64,000 nucleotides of DNA from Thermoproteota archaeon (GTDB taxonomy: Archaea; Korarchaeota; JAOZGF01; JAOZFZ01), in the NCBI GenBank assembly GCA_027492035.1, contig JAOZFT010000001.1, positions 32,001 to 96,000 on the forward strand, written 5' to 3'. Made by a program: the position numbers and the translations under genes. Below the pieces are notes generated by a model, which was given only the letters and a program-made list of their open reading frames with translations, ran no database searches and was not told the DNA's origin. Numbering within the stretch: the stretch's first letter is position 1; every line of letters begins with the position of its first letter. Positions 1-9,622 of the stretch are shown here, in pieces.

Positions 1-616
1 CCTCATGATCTTTTTCAAGTTTGTTTAAAGCATCAGATACTTTCCTGTGTTCCTTAACTAATTTAACCACTTCACTCCTAACTTCAGGAGCCTCCATCCC
101 CCTAACTCTCCACCTAACCCTTGCAGCCTTAATTTTTAAGTAGAAACCTAGAATTATCAGCAACAAAATAACAAGTGCAAGTAAATAGTAAAAGTCACCA
201 ACCTCTACCTCAAGCTGCAACTCATTTGAAACTTTCTGTTGATTAGAAATAACAGATAATTTAACAGTGTACTCACCTGGAGGAGTGTAAAAAGGAACAA
301 CTATTCTTTTCCTGTGAACATCAGTGTCACCAGGTGAAATAACTTGTTTCCAAACATCTTTATAGGAATAAATTGAGAACTTGTAGTTAATTAAGGGGAT
401 GAGGAGGTAAATTTCAATGTCTATGTAATCGGTACGAAGGTCTTCGTCACCGTGGTTGGAGATATACAGTTTAGCTTCAACATAATCTCCAGGTTTAATT
501 TTCTTTTCACTTAACACTAGAACTGTGGTTACAGGTTGACATGCACTATGTTGCAGGAAAACAGAGAAAAGTAAAACAAGAAAAATACTTAAAGTTAAAA
601 TTTTGTTTTGAAACAC
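1..616 (-). CDS. Type I membrane protein (signal peptide, Ig-like/CARDB-type domain, TM helix, cytoplasmic coiled coil); runs off the window edge
   Basis: Not in ORF track. Manual translation from GTG 616 (GAGGAG upstream): MFQNKILTLSIFLVLLFSVFLQHSACQPV...IKPGDYVEAKLYISNHGDEDL...TPPGEYTVKLSV...YYLLALVILLLIILGFYLKIK...KVSDALNKLEKDHE, open to position 1. Confidence 0.75.
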   Translation of the reverse strand, partial: MFQNKILTLSIFLVLLFSVFLQHSACQPVTTVLVLSEKKIKPGDYVEAKLYISNHGDEDLRTDYIDIEIYLLIPLINYKFSIYSYKDVWKQVISPGDTDVHRKRIVVPFYTPPGEYTVKLSVISNQQKVSNELQLEVEVGDFYYLLALVILLLIILGFYLKIKAARVRWRVRGMEAPEVRSEVVKLVKEHRKVSDALNKLEKDHE

Positions 617-1132
617 TCATATTCTCCTCAATAAAAAGGTTTAATGCATCCTTAAAAATAAAACAAGAAAAAAGGCATATTTCTAACAATTTAAAAATTT
701 GTTGGTTAAACATACCCATCTGAAACACTTTTGGTTTTTATTTGTTAGGAACTGTCTTGAACCGTAAAAATCAGTGTTTCAAGTCATAAGTGTTATTTCA
801 AGCTAGGTAAGTAATTCAGCAACTTCATCGCTTCTTATCCGGGACAATGAAAAACAAAAAACAAATTCATTTAACAACAAACCTTCCTATAAGCTGCTGA
901 GCCAAAAAACTTATTTAATCCTTTGATAAATTACTTGTTTCAACTTTTTTCAAGAATCCAAAAAAGGTTTCCTACACCTTTTTTAGCCCCCCTCTCTTCT
1001 TTTTACCTCAAGACCTTTTGAAACCAGCAAAAAATTTTTCTATTCTTGAATACATTACTTTAAAATTTTTTAAAAGAATTAAAAAGGCAGTTTATTAAGA
1101 AAGGATAAGTTAAGCATGTGCAGGAGTAAGAT

Positions 1133-1906
1133 ATGAGCGCCGAAATAATTTCAACAGGTAATGAACTTTTAATGGGGTTAATTGAAAACTCAAACGCTAA
1201 ATGGCTTGCTAGAAAACTGACGGAACTAGGTTTTGAAGTAAAGAGGATAACGGTGGTAAGTGACAAGAAAAGAGATATTTCACAGGCTTTTAAAGAAGCA
1301 ATTGAAAGAGAAACAAACGTAGTAATTTCAACAGGAGGTTTAGGGCCCACGCTTGATGATAAAACATTGGAGGCATTAGCTGAAACCTTGAATTTAAAGA
1401 TTGCAACAAACAAGGAGGCTTTAGAGATGATCAAGTTGAAATGTAAGGTTCACGGTTTAGAATTAAATCAAGCAAGGCTCAAAATGGCTTTGCTTCCTGT
1501 AAACGCTGAACCAATTGAAAACCCTTCAGGTTTAGCTCCTGCAGTGAAAATAAAAACAGGCAAGACCATTATTTACTGTTTACCAGGAGTACCCGTGGAA
1601 ATGAAGAAAATTTTTAGGAAGAAAATCCTGCCTGAGTTAACGCAAAAAAATAAACAATTGCTTTTTAAGGAAAGGAAAGCGAAGCTTGAAGGAGTTTTTG
1701 AATCTGAATTGGTTCCCGTGCTTAAGAAAGTAAGAGAGGAATTCCCTGATGTCTACGTTAAAACAAGGGTGGTTCCAACCAAAGGAATAATTCTTTATTG
1801 CTCAACCAAGGGATTGAAGAAGGAGGCACAAGAAAAACTGAATAAAGTAATAAAAATAGTAGATAGTTACGTCAACTGGTTAAGCAAGGAAAGGGGAAGG
1901 AGGTAA
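1133..1906 (+). CDS. cinA: CinA-like molybdopterin-binding-domain protein (competence/damage-inducible family)
   Basis: AEIISTGNELLMG, N..WLA, STGGLGPTLDDKT and LPGVPVEM motifs; no PncC C-terminal domain. Confidence 0.85.
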   Translation: MSAEIISTGNELLMGLIENSNAKWLARKLTELGFEVKRITVVSDKKRDISQAFKEAIERETNVVISTGGLGPTLDDKTLEALAETLNLKIATNKEALEMIKLKCKVHGLELNQARLKMALLPVNAEPIENPSGLAPAVKIKTGKTIIYCLPGVPVEMKKIFRKKILPELTQKNKQLLFKERKAKLEGVFESELVPVLKKVREEFPDVYVKTRVVPTKGIILYCSTKGLKKEAQEKLNKVIKIVDSYVNWLSKERGRR

Positions 1907-1908
1907 AG

Positions 1909-3057
1909 GTGAAAATTAAACCTGGAAAATATTTCCTTCAAGGAAACATAGCCTTAGCTGAAGCAGCTATAAAAGCAGGTTGCCTGTTCTATGCAGGTTA
2001 CCCAATAACTCCCGCAAGTGAAATAATGGAACATATGGCTAAAAGGTTACCAGAGGAGAAAGGAGTGTTCATTCAAATGGAGGATGAAATAGCTTCAATA
2101 GCCGCTTGCATAGGGGCAAGCTGGGCTGGGGTTAAAGCAATGACAGCGACTTCAGGTCCAGGTTTTAGTTTAATGCAAGAAAACATAGGGTTAGCTGTGA
2201 TGACAGAAACTCCCTTAGTAATTGTGGATGTGCAAAGAACAGGGCCTAGCACAGGACAAGCAACAAAAGCGGCACAGGGAGATATTATGCAAACTAGGTG
2301 GGGGAGACATGGAGACCAGGAAGTGATTGTTTTAGCTCCAAACTCTGTTCAAGAAATGTTTAACTTAACAATTAAAGCTTTTAATTTAACTGAAAAATAT
2401 AGAACCCCGGTTATTGTGTTAGCTGACGAAGCAATTGCACATTTACATGAAAACTTGACAGTGAAGGAGGGTATAGAAGTATTTAATCGTGAGAAACCTA
2501 GAAAAAAAGAAAAAAGGTTTTTTGGGTGTGAAAAAAAGGATTGTGTCCCGCCGATGCCTTCAGTAGGCGAAGGATTTGATGTTTTAGTTACTGGTTCAAG
2601 CCATGACGAATACGGCGTAAGGTTTACAGCAAACCCTCAAGTTCATGAAAAACTCGTGAATAGACTTGTGAACAAAATAAGGTTGAGAAGGAAAGAAATA
2701 ATTGAAGCTGAAACATATATGGTTGATGAGTGTGAAATAGGGGTTGTAAGTATAGGTTGCGTCTCAAGAGCTGTTTATGAAGCTGTTGAATTAGCTGAAA
2801 AAGAAGGGTTTAGAGTAGGTTTCGTAAGACCTAAAACTGTTTGGCCTTTCCCTGAAGAACAAGTGGAGAAACTAGCCTCCAATGCAAACTTCATCTTGGT
2901 GCCTGAATTAAACACGGGGCAATTGATTAAAGAAGTTGAAAGGGTAACCGTAACCAAGAAAAAGGAGAAAGTGATACCTTTCAACAAAATAGGTGGGGGA
3001 AGAATGATTTCACCCACTGAAATATTGAAAGAAATAAAGAGGTTAAGCAGAAACTGA
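1909..3057 (+). CDS. korA: 2-oxoacid:ferredoxin oxidoreductase alpha subunit (cluster 1)
   Basis: YAGYPITPASE, QMEDEIAS, TATSGPGFSLMQE, QRTGPSTG. Confidence 0.93.
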   Translation: MKIKPGKYFLQGNIALAEAAIKAGCLFYAGYPITPASEIMEHMAKRLPEEKGVFIQMEDEIASIAACIGASWAGVKAMTATSGPGFSLMQENIGLAVMTETPLVIVDVQRTGPSTGQATKAAQGDIMQTRWGRHGDQEVIVLAPNSVQEMFNLTIKAFNLTEKYRTPVIVLADEAIAHLHENLTVKEGIEVFNREKPRKKEKRFFGCEKKDCVPPMPSVGEGFDVLVTGSSHDEYGVRFTANPQVHEKLVNRLVNKIRLRRKEIIEAETYMVDECEIGVVSIGCVSRAVYEAVELAEKEGFRVGFVRPKTVWPFPEEQVEKLASNANFILVPELNTGQLIKEVERVTVTKKKEKVIPFNKIGGGRMISPTEILKEIKRLSRN

Positions 3058-3186
3058 AAAAGAAAAGTGAAGAGAACCCTTAACAACCTTATAAACTAAG
3101 TTAAAGCAGCATCTATAACAACTCCTTGAATTAAATAGTAACTTTAAATACTGTAAATATTGTTTTGTTATATAGGCTGAAGTACT

Positions 3187-3413
3187 ATGTCATTAACTAA
3201 AGTAACTCGAAACTATCAGGTGACTCTTCCTGCAGAAGTTAGGAGGACACTTGGCATCAAAGAAGGGGATTGCTTAGAGGTAAAAGTAGAAGATGGAAAC
3301 ATCGTTACGAGTAAATTGGAGAGAAAAAGGAAAAGGATTAAACTTGGAAAAAACTTACGTTAGAGGAGATTGAAAAAGAAATTGAAAGAGGGTTTACTGA
3401 ATGTATGCAGTGA
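3187..3413 (+). pseudogene. vapB: AbrB/MazE/SpoVT-family antitoxin (VapB-like), frameshifted
   Basis: ATG 3187 gives MSLTKVTRNYQVTLPAEVRRTLGIKEGDCLEV (AbrB motif) and stops at TAG 3361-3363. One extra A in the A6 run at 3348-3353 restores GKKLTLEEIEKEIERGFTECMQ* ending at 3413, overlapping the vapC start. Confidence 0.8.
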
Positions 3414-3820
3414 TAGACACCAACATTTTAATCTATGACACCTTTGAAAACTCAGAAAAACATGAACCCGCTGAAAAACTACTGAATTCTTTGAGTAAGT
3501 GGCTGATTCCAGTTATGCCACTTTGCGAGTATATTTGGTTCTTTAAAAGGCAGAAGCTTGACACTTACGAAGTTAAAGGCCTTGTTGAAGGCTACATATT
3601 AGATCCTCACTGCAAAATTCATGTAGACAACGGAACTCGCTTAAAAAACGCTTTCGAAACTGTAGCATCTCAAAAACTCCCCTTAACACAGATCAAGGAC
3701 ATGGTGATACTTTCACATGCGAAACTTAGCAAAGCACCCTGGCAATCTTTGATTGGAAACTTAGGAGAAAAGCCATGGAACATAGGGTTAGAACAATACT
3801 TTAAGATGAAGCAAAACTAA
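3401..3820 (+). pseudogene. vapC: PIN-domain toxin VapC with frameshifted C-terminus
   Basis: AVIDTNILIY, LCEY and KDMVIL acidic PIN residues. One extra C at CCC 3737-3739 restores KAPLAIFDWKLRRKAMEHRVRTIL* (TAA 3802-3804), which contains the last PIN aspartate. Confidence 0.8.
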
Positions 3821-3852
3821 GGTTTTTGACAACTGGAAAAGGAAATGTGGAG

Positions 3853-4686
3853 ATGAAGGGGAGATATTACTTAAGGAAGTTTTTAAGGGAGGAGCATTTA
3901 CCCACAAAATTCTGTCCAGGCTGCGGATTAGGCATTGTAATGAACCTATTCCTTAAAGCAGTTGATGAATCAGGGTATAAAGAGTTAAGTGGAAAGTTTG
4001 TTTTTGTTTCAGGAATTGGGTGTTCAGCCTGGATTCCGTCTCCATATTTTAAAGCGGACTCAATCCATGTTACACATGGACGAAGCATCCCTGTTGCAAC
4101 AGGTATAAAACTTGCTAAACCTGAATTGAAAGTTGTTGTTTTCGGTGGAGACGGAGACTTAGCTGGGATAGGTTTACATCACTTAATTTTTGCAGCACAT
4201 AGAAATGTTGAATTAACTGTTATAATGTGTAACAACATGACTTACGCCATGACAGGTGGACAAGCTGCACCCACAACTCCTTATGGAGTAAAAACGGTTA
4301 CCACCCCTTACGGAAAAATATCGAAAGAACTGGATATTTCAAAAATATTGGTGGATGCAGGTTCATCCTATGTTGCCAGGTGGACAACAGCCCACCCTAT
4401 CCAGTTAAAGAAATCCTTCAAAAAGGCTTTAGAAATAAACGGTTTCTCATTTGTAGAAGTTTATTCACAGTGTCCTACCCGTTTTGGGAAAGAACTAAAC
4501 ATGTTTAAACCTGTAGAAATGATGGAGTGGTTTAAAAGAAACAGTAAAGTTTTGAAGAAGGGGGAGACAATTGAAAATGGAGAAATGAAACTTGTTTTGG
4601 GTGAATTTGTCGAAAGAAAAAGACATGGATACTGTGAACTTTACTACAGAAATATTTTAGGGGAGGAGTTGGAAAAATGGAGATAA
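3853..4686 (+). CDS. korB: 2-oxoacid:ferredoxin oxidoreductase beta subunit (cluster 1)
   Basis: FCPGCG, SGIGCS, THGRS, TPP-binding GGDGDL...NN, SQCP; ORF-track start 3826. Confidence 0.93.
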   Translation: MKGRYYLRKFLREEHLPTKFCPGCGLGIVMNLFLKAVDESGYKELSGKFVFVSGIGCSAWIPSPYFKADSIHVTHGRSIPVATGIKLAKPELKVVVFGGDGDLAGIGLHHLIFAAHRNVELTVIMCNNMTYAMTGGQAAPTTPYGVKTVTTPYGKISKELDISKILVDAGSSYVARWTTAHPIQLKKSFKKALEINGFSFVEVYSQCPTRFGKELNMFKPVEMMEWFKRNSKVLKKGETIENGEMKLVLGEFVERKRHGYCELYYRNILGEELEKWR

Positions 4687-5249
4687 AGGATAAAATCCAA
4701 ATTGTAATTGAAGGAGTTGGAGGGCAAGGGATAATTTTTGCAGGTTATGTTTTAGCTTATTCAGCCTTCAAGTCAGGCTACTTTGTTGCCCAGTCAAAGG
4801 AATACGGTTCAGAATCGAGGGGCACAAGAGTAAAAAGTAAAGTAGTTGTTTCTAAAAAGGAAGTAAAGCATCCCTTCGTTGAACAATGCAACGTGTTAGC
4901 GGCGTTAACGGATCCCTCCATCGAAACCCTTAAAACTTTAACTCCAGAATCAAAAATCTTCTTAAACTCTTCCTTGATAAAGAAACAGTTACTTACAAAA
5001 TTTTCTGAAAAGACGGAAATTTATTTGATTCCAGCCACTGAACTTTCAAACAAAAAATTCTTAACCCCCCTATTTGCAAACATTATTTTGCTAGGTTACC
5101 TAATTAAAGGAACTGGTTTTTTAAGGTTTGAAACAGTGAAAAATGTTTTAAGAGAGGAGATAGGTGGGACTAGAAGTGAAGAAAACATTTCAGCCCTTGA
5201 AACCGGTTACTTTTATGAAGAAGAAAAGTTTGAGAGAGTTAAGGAATGA
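4677..5249 (+). CDS. korC: 2-oxoacid:ferredoxin oxidoreductase gamma subunit (cluster 1)
   Basis: GVGGQG, YGSESRG, ANIILLG. Confidence 0.9.
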   Translation: MEIKDKIQIVIEGVGGQGIIFAGYVLAYSAFKSGYFVAQSKEYGSESRGTRVKSKVVVSKKEVKHPFVEQCNVLAALTDPSIETLKTLTPESKIFLNSSLIKKQLLTKFSEKTEIYLIPATELSNKKFLTPLFANIILLGYLIKGTGFLRFETVKNVLREEIGGTRSEENISALETGYFYEEEKFERVKE

Positions 5250-5491
5250 TTAAGAATTACAGGGTTAATTCAGGGAAGGGGAAAAGAACTATTTCCATCG
5301 ATGAAACCCTTTGCAAAGGATGCGGGATCTGTGTTTGGGTTTGCCCAAAAAAAGTTTTCACTTTCTCAAATAACCTCACTTCTCAAGGCTTCTATGTTGC
5401 TAAGGTACTTAACAAAAGGGAATGTTTAGGGTGCAGACTTTGTGAAATACAATGTCCAGACTTTTGCATAAATGTTTCTGAGTTATCATAA
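5246..5491 (+). CDS. korD: 2x[4Fe-4S] ferredoxin, oxidoreductase delta subunit
   Basis: CKGCGICVWVCP and CLGCRLCEIQCPD. Confidence 0.9.
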   Translation: MIKNYRVNSGKGKRTISIDETLCKGCGICVWVCPKKVFTFSNNLTSQGFYVAKVLNKRECLGCRLCEIQCPDFCINVSELS

Positions 5492-5583
5492 AAAGGGTTT
5501 TTCAGTAAGGAACTTTTCCTAAACCCTCAAAAAGTTTTTGTAGGGGTAATTTTTGCGACGCAACCTTCCTTTTAATGAAAAAA

Positions 5584-6201
5584 TCAAAACCCTTTATTTT
5601 CCAGCTTAAAAACATTTCTCCTAAGTAGTTCCTTATAAATTTTTAGGAAGAGTTTTTTCATTTTCTTGGCTGAAACCTTTATTTTCTTTTTTCCTTTTAA
5701 AGTTTTTGGGATGTTCCTTTCTTGTAGAAAGTTTACCAAGATTTTTTTGTTTTTGTTTTCCAAGTTAAGATGCTTTAATGCTTCTTCAGCTAATTGTTCC
5801 TCTGAGTAACCGCAGTACTGAAGCTCTTTCTCTGAATGTGTCAAGGTATAGTTTTCAACAAGTTCAAAAAAGATTTGTGTAAATACTTGGTTCGGTTCTA
5901 TTTTTCCGTAATAGTTTTTTAAGGCTGTAAATAAATCTTTTTTCGTTTTAAACCCATCTATTTTAGCGTCTTCATCCGTTATTTCATGTAAAGTTTTTGT
6001 CTTAACCTTTTTAATCTTTACTTTACCGATGAGTTTTCCATTGCAGTGAATATAGAGCACAGATCCCCTTTCCACTTTGATTTTTCCAAGTCTTAAGGTT
6101 GATTTCTTCTCCCCCGAAAGGATTTGCTGTTCGAAAACTTTGTCAAAGAATAAATGTTTAATTCTTTTCTTTTTATTCATCCCTTTCCTCCGTTTTTCCA
6201 T
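5584..6201 (-). CDS. ASCH-domain protein (PUA-like; YqfB-related) with helical C-terminal extension
   Basis: ILSGEKKSTLRLG (GxKxxTxR signature), EITDEDAKIDGF, LKNYY; start overlaps the tmcA stop. Confidence 0.85.
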   Translation of the reverse strand: MEKRRKGMNKKKRIKHLFFDKVFEQQILSGEKKSTLRLGKIKVERGSVLYIHCNGKLIGKVKIKKVKTKTLHEITDEDAKIDGFKTKKDLFTALKNYYGKIEPNQVFTQIFFELVENYTLTHSEKELQYCGYSEEQLAEEALKHLNLENKNKKILVNFLQERNIPKTLKGKKKIKVSAKKMKKLFLKIYKELLRRNVFKLENKGF

Positions 6202-8548
6202 AGTAATAAGTGAACAATTTATTCAAAGATTCTTTTGAAATGTTTATTGTTTGCTTCTTGTTTAAACCAAGTGTTTTACTTGCTTTAATCCATCCTCTGC
6301 ATTGGAGAAACTTCACAATTAATGTTTTCTCTTCTAAACTTGTCAATCTAGGTTTTTCAGGTTCAAGGAAGTACTTAACAGCTAATGTTCTAGCTACATC
6401 GCTTACATACTCAAAAAAGATTACGTCACTTAAGTAGTTTCTTAACCTTAAAATTTCTTCTTCCGTTAAATTGATTGAGTAAGTTTGATTTTTTATTTTA
6501 AGTGTTGAGTGTAAGAGGTGCTGAGCCACGTCAGGGTTCATGTCGTAAAGTATTCCTGCAAGCCAACCCATGAACCTTTTCTTAAAATCTACACTTGAAA
6601 CCTGTATTATTTCTTTCATTTCATCCGTTAAGGGTTTAATTAGGCAAACTGAGTATTCCCCACTTATTGGGTTCTTTACAAGGGTTACATGTACAGGTTC
6701 GAATTTATTTTTCATCCAAAACTTCATCAACTCAGCTGACGCCCCGAATACTGAACCAATCCAGGACAACCCTTTCTCTTTAGCATGCTCCGTTATTTTT
6801 TTAAGTGCAAAACTCCCTATTCCTTTGTTCATTACTGCAGGGTGTGTAGCTATCCTGATTACCCTTAACCCTTTCTTAAAGGGGAAGATATAGCTTCTAT
6901 GATATTTCACCATTAAAGTAGGGATTATATGGCCTTGAGGGTCTTTCCCTCTCTTTATTTCTTCAATCATTCCATTGTTGAACTCTCCTTCGTAAGCAAC
7001 CTGTAAAGCGTTCACTATTTTATTGGTTTTCGTTTTAACGTACCATGCTTCATGGTGTGGAGCATCTGCCAAGAGAGCCGCATCACTTGGCCTGTTCCTG
7101 TAGTGGGCATAAACGTATATACCTATAAATTTTCTCAATTCCTTTTCTTTCACCAGAAACCATTTTTCTAGGTCTGCCTTTTCAAAAATTAATTCCCCTT
7201 TTTCTATACATTCTAAGTCCTTTTTTGTTATTTCGTCAGGTTCAGCATCTAAAAGGAGGGTGTCATAGAGCCATTTCTCAACCGGGTCGTTTCCACTGTA
7301 CCTTACAGGTTCCTTTAATTTAATTTCCTTCAAAGTTAAGTTCTTCGATTCCTTCAGTTTTTTTAGCAGCCTTATCGAGAATCCTCTACCTGCTCCTTCA
7401 TAGCCGTGAGTGGTGGAGGCTAAAACTACAAACTCACCCTTCCCTATTAATTCGTAAAGGATTGGTAAAGGAATCCCTGCAGCCTCGTCCACGACCAAAA
7501 TATCTGTTTTTGTTTTTATTTTTGGTGGAGGCAGGAAAGTTGCTTGTAAATTGCAACAGGAAATTTCCGTGATGCCTTCAGCCTCAGCACTTTTATTTAC
7601 TTCTTTGTACAGCCTCTTTAAACCAACTTCTAAAAATTTCATCAATATACTTGCATTTGATAATTCAGGAGCAGTTACAACTATTTCTCTCCTTTTTTTG
7701 TTTTTTATCAAGTAATCAATTAAACCGGCTAAGCTTAAACCTACAGCTGCGGATTTACCTCTTCCCCTGTCCGCTATAACAACTAATATTTTTTTGTTTC
7801 TGCTTTTACTCCTGAAAAGTTTATCTATGCTTTCAACAACTTTAACTTGGTCTTGGGTTAGACACAAAGTATAAATTCTCCTTGCAAAAACTATGTCGGT
7901 TGGAACCTTCACCCTCTTTTTTTCCCTTTTTTTTGAAAAACCCAATTCAAAGTCTTTAATTATTACTCCCCTATCAACGTCAACAATCATCACCCCCTTG
8001 TGTTCATGTAGTTTATTTATTACCCTTTTTTCGAACAAGGTTTTTACTTGTTCTAAAGTGTAGGGGTAGGTTACAAGTTTTTTATGGAATTTGTTTCTGT
8101 GGTTTTCCCATTTCTTGTAAGGTGGAGCCAAGAAAATAATTAATCCACCACCTCTTACAGTGCCTATTATCCTTCCTAAGTCGTCAGGGTTTGAGTTATG
8201 TACCAAGTTAATTATCAGTATATCTATTGTTTTACCCATGATTTTGAAGGTTTCAGGGAATGTTACAGGTTCAAAGTCGATTTTTTTAGTTGAAACAAGT
8301 TCTTTGAGAAACAGTTTGCAGTCTAGGTTTTCCGCTGGTTTTCCGGTTGAGGAGGTTACATAGAAAATTTTAACCTTTTTCTCTTCCCCCATTATTTTAA
8401 CAGCTTCAGCTGTTACTTTTCCAGCTAATTCTGCATTGACCCAGTTTTTACCGCATAAAACAATAAGTCTCCTATGGTTTGCTTCCTTTCCCGACTTAGA
8501 AGTTTTACGGATTCTTGAAAGCACAGTTTCAACCAGCTCCTCCTCCAA
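6173..8548 (-). CDS. tmcA: tRNA/rRNA cytidine N4-acetyltransferase TmcA/Nat10
   Basis: HRRLIVL, TVRGGGLI, helicase Walker A ADRGRGKS, DEAAGIP, STTHGYEGAGRGF, EPVRY..DPVE.WL, AHYRNRPSD, GNAT RIATHP...GIGS. Confidence 0.95.
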   Translation of the reverse strand: MEEELVETVLSRIRKTSKSGKEANHRRLIVLCGKNWVNAELAGKVTAEAVKIMGEEKKVKIFYVTSSTGKPAENLDCKLFLKELVSTKKIDFEPVTFPETFKIMGKTIDILIINLVHNSNPDDLGRIIGTVRGGGLIIFLAPPYKKWENHRNKFHKKLVTYPYTLEQVKTLFEKRVINKLHEHKGVMIVDVDRGVIIKDFELGFSKKREKKRVKVPTDIVFARRIYTLCLTQDQVKVVESIDKLFRSKSRNKKILVVIADRGRGKSAAVGLSLAGLIDYLIKNKKRREIVVTAPELSNASILMKFLEVGLKRLYKEVNKSAEAEGITEISCCNLQATFLPPPKIKTKTDILVVDEAAGIPLPILYELIGKGEFVVLASTTHGYEGAGRGFSIRLLKKLKESKNLTLKEIKLKEPVRYSGNDPVEKWLYDTLLLDAEPDEITKKDLECIEKGELIFEKADLEKWFLVKEKELRKFIGIYVYAHYRNRPSDAALLADAPHHEAWYVKTKTNKIVNALQVAYEGEFNNGMIEEIKRGKDPQGHIIPTLMVKYHRSYIFPFKKGLRVIRIATHPAVMNKGIGSFALKKITEHAKEKGLSWIGSVFGASAELMKFWMKNKFEPVHVTLVKNPISGEYSVCLIKPLTDEMKEIIQVSSVDFKKRFMGWLAGILYDMNPDVAQHLLHSTLKIKNQTYSINLTEEEILRLRNYLSDVIFFEYVSDVARTLAVKYFLEPEKPRLTSLEEKTLIVKFLQCRGWIKASKTLGLNKKQTINISKESLNKLFTYYYGKTEERDE

Positions 8549-8623
8549 AAAAGGTTCACCTTTTCCTTGAGAAGAAAAATTGAAGAATTAAAGGTTTTAA
8601 GAATTTTAAAAGGCTTTAAGAGC

Positions 8624-9502
8624 TTAGGGGAGGTATAAATAAGCTGCGTTTTCACCTACGTTGATTTTTAACGATTCAGCCACAGGTTTACATTTAGCTT
8701 TTAGAAGATAAAGGATTGGTTTGTTTATTTTCAGTTCAGGTAGGGTTTCGTAGTTAGCCATCCCTTTCGAAATTACCAGGTCTGATTCGTTAATTTCTTT
8801 CTTTAACTCGTTTAACTCGTTAAGGTTCATTATGCTGGAGAAGTCTTTATTTACTGGAAGAACCTTATTAACCACTTCCCCAAACCCCAACTTTCTTAAT
8901 TCATTAACTGTTACGTCGTTTTGGTAGGGGTTGAATTTAGCCACAGCCACTGTCTCCACATCAAAAATTTTCTTTATCTCCTTTAAAACTAATTTGTCAA
9001 ACACAGCCTCCCCTGCGTTATCAAGTAAATAAACAATTTTTTTGGATTTACTTAAAAGGTTGAAGGCTTTGTTTAAATCATTGATTCCGAAATTTTCCTT
9101 TTCCAGCTCCTTTTCAAGTTTCTTGAAACTGAAAGAGTAACCGGCGACGCCTGGATCTAAAGAATTGGCGTTTACAGAGTAAATAATTAATTTCTTCAGT
9201 TTTTCAATTGGTTTTTCATTTTCTAATTCGCTTTCTACTTTTCCAGCCAGGATTGAAGCTGCCTTATTTACTTCTTCTTTCATTTCACGGTAGGGGTCAC
9301 TGTCACCAAGCAACTCCTTAACCCTTTTAAAAACTATGCTTGCTACGTAAGTAACGGTTGTTTCTGTGTTTGAAAGTTCCAAAACCATACGGGAAATTTC
9401 TTTAACAGCAACGAACTTCTCTTTTTCCGGCAAATTTGAATTTAAAATTTCTTTTGTCCTAACTGAAATTAAACAAGGGATGCACCATGGCTTCAGTTTC
9501 AT
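8624..9502 (-). CDS. DUF89/ARMT1-like damage-control phosphatase (PH1575-type)
   Basis: N-terminal CIPC, DPYREMK, LLDNAGEAVFD, NDVT, SKGMANYETL, LKAKCKPVA. Confidence 0.9.
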   Translation of the reverse strand: MKLKPWCIPCLISVRTKEILNSNLPEKEKFVAVKEISRMVLELSNTETTVTYVASIVFKRVKELLGDSDPYREMKEEVNKAASILAGKVESELENEKPIEKLKKLIIYSVNANSLDPGVAGYSFSFKKLEKELEKENFGINDLNKAFNLLSKSKKIVYLLDNAGEAVFDKLVLKEIKKIFDVETVAVAKFNPYQNDVTVNELRKLGFGEVVNKVLPVNKDFSSIMNLNELNELKKEINESDLVISKGMANYETLPELKINKPILYLLKAKCKPVAESLKINVGENAAYLYLP

Positions 9503-9622
9503 TTTTCAATCAACCTACACGTATCAATTCTAAAAACTTTCCCCTTTCCCCAAACAATTAAAAAAGATATAAAAAATGAAAAACTTAAGAAAGATTTTTT
9601 TAATGCATCGGAGGAAGTTAAG

